Positions 56,666-64,000 of a DNA stretch of 64,000 nt are shown one piece after another. The DNA is taken from positions 1 to 64,000 of the forward strand of contig CBFFRP010000079.1 in assembly GCA_965644295.1 (NCBI GenBank). The letters run 5' to 3'. The position numbers and the translations under genes are program-made. The notes beneath the pieces are model-generated. The model was not told the DNA's origin and did no database searches. It saw only the letters and a list, made by a program, of their open reading frames with translations. The DNA comes from Paraphysomonas bandaiensis. Its lineage: Eukaryota > Protista > Chrysophyceae. Every line of letters begins with the position of its first letter. Positions within the stretch are counted from its first letter, which is position 1.

Positions 56666-57206
56666 AAGAATTCGAACTCTGGACATTGTTTTGCTGGGAA
56701 TGATCTTATGGCCCGATATTGCAACTCAAGAGAAAGTCCTATTCACTTCTGAGTGTGTCACTTAAATATTTATGATCATACATATTTAAATTTATGTGTT
56801 GTACATGTGCTTGCCCGAAATTAAAGCAAGTAATACCATTTCCATTACTTTTTCACGCACTTCTTATTAAACGTATAGTATATAGTACTGCTGCAGCGCA
56901 TTGGCTATAACTGCCCGCTTTGTTGTATTAGTATTTCGAAAGCAGATAACAAAAGAAAGCTTTGAAGGTTACGTTTTCATAGCAACACTGCGCACCATAT
57001 AGTTCTTGGCTTCAACTAAACTACTGTATATGTGTTATTGCAGTATATGTGTTGGCTATCTGATATTCCACTTTATTATCATATCGTGTCTGAAGTATAT
57101 GTAAGTATATAGTTAATCAAGTTATTATACTATATGCACTATGCACACTCTGCAGTACTGGAAGAGCAAATTAGGAATTAAAAATCATCATTTTACTCTA
57201 TCAAAG

Positions 57207-58568
57207 CTATAAATCTCCTTCTAAGCTATTTGCACAACTTGTGCCAGCAATATGACCCGTTGTCCACGCAGCCTGAAAATTAAATCCACCAGTGACACCA
57301 TCTATATTTAAAACTTCTCCAGCAAAAAATATTCCAGGAACAATCTTTGATTCCATTGTATTCATATTTACTTGATCTAAGTTAACACCACCAGCTGTAA
57401 CAAATTCATCTTTATTGACGGCACGACCATCCACATGTACTTTACAACCGCACAACTGCGAGGCAATAATATCAATATCTGACTTCTTTAGATCTTTCCA
57501 TTGAATATCAGGATTGACATTCGACTTGCGCAACAGGTACACCCATAGTCGTTTGGGCAATGGGTCTACATCTAACCACGCACCGGGAAAAGCGCCACCC
57601 ACCTTTTTTAAGGGATTAGACAATTTGGCCTCCTTTAAGCAAGATATTACTTCCGATTTATCCATAGTGAGCCATGATATTTCCACAGTAAATGCGTATT
57701 TTAATTCTGCCAACACACGGGCCCCAAATGACGAAAGCCGTAAAATGGCTGGCCCGGAGAGCCCTTGATGAGTGATTAGCACGGGCCCATATTGCGTCAA
57801 GTGAACTAAATCTCGGCGAGATATTACATCAAAATGGTCAGATAAAAAATTCTTATCCAATAGAAGTCGTACAGAGGCAGTTGGAACGGATATACCATTG
57901 AGCTCATTCAATTCCATATCCTTAACCTTAAATGTAAATAAGGAGGGCTTGGGATCGATTATATCATGCCCCAGTGAACTCAGCATACTATAGCCTTGCT
58001 TGGAAGAACCAGTAGCAAATATAACTCTTTCTGCTGGAAGCTTTTGAATCTCACCTCTAGGAACTCTACCATCTTTACAAGTATACTCTACAGTGAATAA
58101 GGAAGACGATGACGTTGGCAATTGAATATTTCGTACATTCGTCTTACAATTACATGTAATCGACATCTCATTAGCTGTAGACTGTAATGCATTAATAACA
58201 GTTGATGATTGGTTACTTGCAGGAAAAACACGTCCATCAGATTCAATTTTAAGATCAAATTTCTTACGAAACCATTCATATGTTTCATATGGTCCAAATA
58301 TAGACATATATGCACCTATTAATTGCTTTTCACCTCGTGGATAGTTACTTGTAATATATCGTATATCATTATTGGGATTATGCATAATATTACATCTTCC
58401 ACCACCAGATATTGCCACTTTTTGCAATGGATTACTACTAAACTCTAATATTTGTATATTATACTGAATATTGCGTTGTATAAGTATAGATGCACATTGT
58501 ATTGCTGAAAAATATCCAGCTGCACCACCACCTATGATAATAATTCGCTGAACATGTTGAGGATGCAT
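57207..58568 (-). CDS. HI0933/BaiN-family FAD-dependent oxidoreductase
   Basis: IIGGGAAG, KVAISGGGRCN, DGRVFP, ATG, LITHQGLSGPAIL, VTAGGV, FAGEVLNIDGVTGGFNFQAAWTTG. Confidence 0.93.
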   Translation of the reverse strand: MHPQHVQRIIIIGGGAAGYFSAIQCASILIQRNIQYNIQILEFSSNPLQKVAISGGGRCNIMHNPNNDIRYITSNYPRGEKQLIGAYMSIFGPYETYEWFRKKFDLKIESDGRVFPASNQSSTVINALQSTANEMSITCNCKTNVRNIQLPTSSSSLFTVEYTCKDGRVPRGEIQKLPAERVIFATGSSKQGYSMLSSLGHDIIDPKPSLFTFKVKDMELNELNGISVPTASVRLLLDKNFLSDHFDVISRRDLVHLTQYGPVLITHQGLSGPAILRLSSFGARVLAELKYAFTVEISWLTMDKSEVISCLKEAKLSNPLKKVGGAFPGAWLDVDPLPKRLWVYLLRKSNVNPDIQWKDLKKSDIDIIASQLCGCKVHVDGRAVNKDEFVTAGGVNLDQVNMNTMESKIVPGIFFAGEVLNIDGVTGGFNFQAAWTTGHIAGTSCANSLEGDL

Positions 58569-59134
58569 TATATTGATGATAATAGTTAATATATGCTACA
58601 TGAGTGATTGTATCTCTACATATGCATCTATAGACACCTCGATGAAATAGTTTTAAGTTTGTTTATAGAAATTAGTTATTTTTTTGTTAGAATAGTTGAG
58701 TTTTCATGTATAATATTGTAGTTTATAGAATGAGTTCATAGAAATAGTGGGTTTTGTAAGAGGAAATTGAAGAAAATCAATCATAGGAATGATGTGGTGG
58801 TCCTACTCATGTGGCTGTGATAGGTCGGTACATCTACATGTATGTAGGTATGTACAGTATGTATGTATATGTAGGTAGATATGTACTGTAGGTAGGTAGC
58901 TAGGTACGTGTAGGTAGGTAGGTACATGTAGGAAGGTAGGTAGGTACATATACTGTAGGTAAATGTAGGTACATGTATGTGGGGGGTGTAGCATATATAC
59001 ATGAGTCTGCATATACATGTACACTGCACTGCTGTATGTATGTATGTATGTATGTATATGGTGTGTGGTATGCTCATATCATCATCATATTAAACCCACA
59101 TAACTCTCCACTCAGTGGACTCACTACACTATCA

Positions 59135-61923
59135 ATGGAAAACTCAAGTGACAATGAGGAGAAACAAAATCTTCTTTCACTACGTAAATGTTTGAAGAAG
59201 GAACAGTATAATAAAGCTATCGATCTCTGTAATCACAGTAAGTAACGTACATACACATACATACATACATACATACATACATACATACATACATAGAGAG
59301 AGAGTTTTAGATTGTGATGCTGTTGACTGTAACTTATAGTTATAACACACACCACTGCCATACATACATACATATACACATACACACATACATACATATA
59401 CACACAGTTATATATATATGTATTGTAAATATATGTATCTGTTATCGACTAACTCTCTCTACTCTTTTCTCCTCATACAGTCATAGCTAAGAACCCCGCT
59501 GACATTGATATCTATCGGGTCAAAATATCATGCTTAGTAAACTTGAAGCGGTTCGATGAGGCCATAAAGATAGCAGAGGACAGCAATGAGTTCACTTTCG
59601 AGCGTGCCTACTGTCTCTATCGCAAAAACAAGGTATATCAACTCTACAGTCTGCTTGTTTTTTGTTAATATTATTGCAGCTGGATGAGGTTATTGAGCTG
59701 TGTGAGTCTTTTTCGGAGCCACGACCAGAGAAAGTGATCAACTTGGAAGCTCAGGCGGTAAGCACCATGAGCTATATACAGAATATATCTATAGTCGCCA
59801 TTAGCTTCATTGTGATTGTGTTATTGAATGCTTTCTAAACGATCTCGTTATTCTATAGTACTACAAGCTACAACAATACACCCAGGCTACCGCTTGCTAC
59901 GAGAGGCTTGTTGATTTATCATCCGACCCAGATTACGATTTATTGGCCAATATTTATGCAACTCACGTATCATCTGGGTGTGGACAAAGCGCTCTGTCTT
60001 CTCACCCATTGGATGAGTCTTCTGTTGGAGACAGTTTTGAGTTAATGTATAACATCGCCTGTGCATACATTTCTACTGGGAACTATTCTAAGGCTGAGGA
60101 AACATTGGAGCAAGCTAAAGCGATGTGTGTGCGTGTGTTAGAAGAGGATGGAGCCTCGGGGTCGATTATTGAGGAGGAGTGTGCGGCTATCAACTTGCAG
60201 AAAACTTTCGTGGACATAATCTGTCACAGAGCCTCTGAACAATCGCTTCAGGAATGCCGCGCGATCTTACGTAACCATAAGAAAGACAATGAGCTATATG
60301 CCGTTGCGGCCAACAACCTAGCTGTTCTGCGAGGTGATACAGATTTACCTGACTCTCTCCGTCGTTTGCGGAACACAATATCAGCTGCTTCTGAGGATAA
60401 GCTCACGAAATCTCAGCTCATGGAGATAAGGTACAACAGATGCCTTCTATTGCTGCATCTCAAAAAGGTGGATGAATGTATGAAGAATCTGGAAGAGTTA
60501 GATAAAATGTACGTGAGCGCGTTTTTCCTCGTCTTTTATTATGTTTTGGATGCGAATAGCGTCGTTTTCTATACCGTATAATATGGCGTGACTTAAAAGA
60601 GTCTGTCGTACTTGTCTTATGTCTGAGTGAGTGTAATGATTGTGTGCAGCTATGGCCCGAATCCGCGAAGTATTCTTATTCGAGCCTGTACATTTGCCCT
60701 CACCAAGGACTATACCCAATCAGATCATTTTGTGAACGAAAATATCTCTCTAATTGATTCTAGTGAGGATCCGTCCGGGCTTCGTGAGAAATTGATATTA
60801 GTGAAGGCACAAACTCTCATCGACAGGAAGCAATTTAAGGAAGCCTTTGAGATAATGTCATCGGTGTCGTCTCTGCGCCAAACTGCTGCAGGCGTGTCTG
60901 CTATGTATAACCTTCAAACCATTATGAGCAAAACTAATTCTGTTGACACCAACTCCGCGACCGACTTTCTTCTTAAATGTGCAAAGGAAATCGCAGATAC
61001 AGATGACACAACGGATGCCCAAATACATACCTTGCGTTCTATTGCCCATGAGTTTCAAAGTAAGCACCTATATTCCGAAGCCGCACAAGTGTGGCGATAT
61101 CTATTGCAATGTGCTTCTGCCATAGATTCTAGCGACAGGCTTACAGCAACAGCACAACTCGCTGTGTGCTTATCTCATTGTGATGTTGAAGAAAGTGGGC
61201 GTATTGCCGTGTCTCTTCCACAGGTGCGTTTTCTTTTCTGGCGCGTACCTAATTCACGCAGCCACGATACGTAGTTATATATTGTTCTGTAAATCGACCA
61301 CAATTTGTATTAATAATTCTTTGAACAGGTTGATGCGGAGGGCGTAAATGCGGAGGAGCTAGAGAAGTCTGAAATTCCGCTGTTGTCTAAGCGTGTTAAT
61401 ACATCAAACTCGCATTCACATAGCCAAGATGCTGGTACGACGACCGAAGTGCCCACCGAAGCTTCCAAGAAGGAACGCGCGGAAGAAATGCGCCGGGCTC
61501 GTTTACAAAGGCGCAAGGCCAAGTGCCGCGAGGAGTATTTGAAGAAACTTGAGGAGGCAGGGAAGTATGACCCCAACAAGCCTGTAAAGCCAGACCCAGA
61601 GAGGTACGTTTTGCGTCATATTTTTCTGCCACTGCCTGGCATGGGAAATATATATGGTACGAAATATGTGTCGTCTCGTTCTCATGTGGTGTGTATCGTT
61701 TCGCAGATGGATTCCGTTGAAGCACCGCTCATATAATAAGCGGGGACGACGCAACCGCAACAAATTCGTCGGCGGACAAGGGTCTGGGGATGGGGCAGCA
61801 AAGGATATGCTCAAACTGGACGCATATGCTCGAGCTAATGCATCAGACTCGGCAAGTAAGAAGCCTAAAGGTACCGTCGTGGAGTCGTCAAGTGCGAAGA
61901 ATAAAGGCAGGAAGAAGCGTTAA
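59135..61923 (+). CDS. SRP72: Signal recognition particle subunit SRP72, multi-exon
   Basis: TPR-like exons (FERAYCLYR, LEAQA|YYKL, ELMYNIAC, VAANNL), spliced KPDPE|RWIPLKHRSY RNA-binding motif, basic tail. Confidence 0.92.
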
Positions 61924-62725
61924 AAGAGTTGTTGCGAATATCCGGCTCAGTAAGATGTACACACAGCTTCGTAGTGTATATGGGTTCGTGATACTCGTAG
62001 TAGTTGTGGTTTACCTCCGCCTAAGTTAGTAATTAATATACCATTGCTAATATAAACCTATGACTTCTATTTTCTATATGACGGGGTGCCACTCTCAAAA
62101 ATATGGTAAGTCGAAATATTAAGATATTAAGTATAGATATAGAATGATGTACTTCTGCCATATAATCTAGCAACAGTACTACTCGCTGTAGGTTTTTATA
62201 TACTTATTTATACAGATACGCAGTATATATTTTAATGATTTCACTAGATCCTTTTTCCTCTGTCGGTGGCCTTGCCTCTTCGCTTTTACAATATATAGAA
62301 AGTTATCATACTTGCCCTCAATATAATGAATGACAAATGTTGAAAAATAGAAACTGACGAATTCTCACAGGCGGTCTCAAACAAAATTGAAATTCTAGGT
62401 GACGGATACTCCGATCTTCTATCACCATCCCCGCCGAAGCTACTGTAGGAAGCAATTATGATACAAGAATAAGGATGAAGTAGTGTAAGTAGTAGTATGT
62501 AGTATGAGATGAGAGGTAGATAGATAGTAGACTTTATCAGATCAGAAGATATAAGTATTAAGGCCAGATATAGGGTTAGAATGTATCGGAACAATCGATA
62601 CATACGAATGAAACGGATGTTTGATGTTTATGGTTTATGGTAGCCCATAGAGAATTATGGTAGTATACATCTAGCCCTGAAATCAACAGATGTCTGGTAT
62701 ATATCAACATATCAACATTCTGCTA

Positions 62726-62918
62726 TTCTGCTTGCTCACTGCGTTTGCTTTAAGTGATAGAGCGAAAGTTGTTGCACCTTGGCGCTTGCGGTGATGCACA
62801 AGCAGCTTTCGTAGCGCGAAATAGTAGGATGATATCAGTGATAAGCACTGTTAATAAATTGCTTTGCTACGTTACATCGTCTGACTCTTGCACGCTTATT
62901 GCTAATAATAAAACATAT
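62726..62918 (+). repeat. Dispersed repeat family A, copy 3
   Basis: See 23504. Confidence 0.85.
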
Positions 62919-63543
62919 GGGAGTAGGTGGTGGGATGTTTCGAATTTCTCTACAAAATTTCTGGAATAAGGTTGAGTGACACAGATTTTTATATATAGCA
63001 GAGAGCGAAAAAAGTGGGAGATTTCGTGAGTAAGAAGTACAGTTAAGTGTTGTGTGTTGCAAGAATGCTTTAGTGCTATTCCTATCCATGTTATCACCTG
63101 TGACCTGTGCACATAGAAAAGGATGATCAAGGAGACAGCCTCCCCCTCCCCTAGTTTTATTTTCGCCTTATCATTTCATTATTCATAAAATTCATATAAC
63201 ATTGATGAGTGAGTACATATACACAAGAAAAATAAAACTATCAGCCATGTTTACCCATTATTCTCTAGAGGGAAATCAATACAAAAAACAGAAAAAACTT
63301 AAAACGTCACATCTAGAGCGTAACTCCAACAGGCATAATATCAGCTGTAGGTATATGTTCACTACACCCGAATTCACAACTCCTTATATCAAAGCTGACC
63401 ACAATGAATTTATGACCACAAAACAATAAATCAACTGAATCACCCCAATTTCCGGACTAGTAGCATCGTCATTCAGTTGCAACAATGTATAGCACAAAAG
63501 ATAAATATCACACACTCTCCCTCCCGTATATGCACGTATCGAA

Positions 63544-64000
63544 CTAGCAGTGACTTTCTGCCATTAGGGCATCAAATAACTCAATGTTTAAAGGCTTTTC
63601 GAGAACATGATTGGCACCGCTCTCAAGGAAATAGTCCACATCTCCTGACATGACATTTCCTGTTACTCCTATTATTTTTAGTGATTTAAAACCCATCTCG
63701 CGAATTCGGCGCGTGGCTTCTGGCCCGTTCATCTGCATCAAAACCAAAATGAGATTGCAAAGTATAGGCTTCGTCGTATAGATATACACAATAACATTCG
63801 CAGTATCAATTTCATCATACACTTTTGAACATGTACACATAATCAACTTACGTTCGGCATTTGAAAATCCATCATGATGCAGCAGTAATGATCAGCAGCT
63901 GTAGTTTCCATCATCTTCAAGCAATCCACACCGTCTACTGCAGTGTCGCACTCGTATCCCCTTCTCGTCAAAATCCTAGTCAGTATTTTGCGATTGGACG
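63544..64000 (-). CDS. 3' end of a gene with a response-regulator receiver domain (probably a hybrid histidine kinase); runs off the window
   Basis: SNRKILTRIL..RGYEC.TAVDG...IMMDFQMPN|MNGPEATRRIR...IIGVTGN...FLESGA..VLEKP; intron 63733-63851. Confidence 0.88.

Noticed and set aside
57207-58568. BaiN-family gene as bacterial contamination or recent transfer
   Set aside because: Lies among intron-containing host genes with similar composition; the family also occurs in algae and plants

Overview
Eukaryotic DNA with short GT-AG introns of about 50 bp; the host is probably a protist or alga (inference). Left third (1-23.5 kb): a nest of mobile elements. Its centre is an apparently intact 15.7-kb endogenous Polinton/Maverick-like virus (4139-19842) with 257-bp TIRs differing at one site, a 6-bp TSD (ATCCTG) and a fold-back hairpin at each end. 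It encodes protein-primed PolB, an rve integrase (DDD variant), a double jelly-roll major capsid protein, a penton, three extra penton-like domains, a fibre, a packaging ATPase and tandem GIY-YIG genes; I found no adenain-type protease. It appears to be inserted in the LTR of a chromodomain Gypsy element. Beside it lies the remnant of a second, related virus, fused in frame to a Gypsy integrase C-terminus. LINE fragments bracket the whole nest. Middle: Copia relics, long (ACAT)n arrays and an intronless F-box/ankyrin-like gene with higher-order repeats. Right half: host genes (WD40/EF-hand protein, NAT10, mS38-like, STI1-like, ependymin-like, BaiN/HI0933 flavoprotein, SRP72, a receiver domain). 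All family calls rest on motifs read by eye; no database searches were run.
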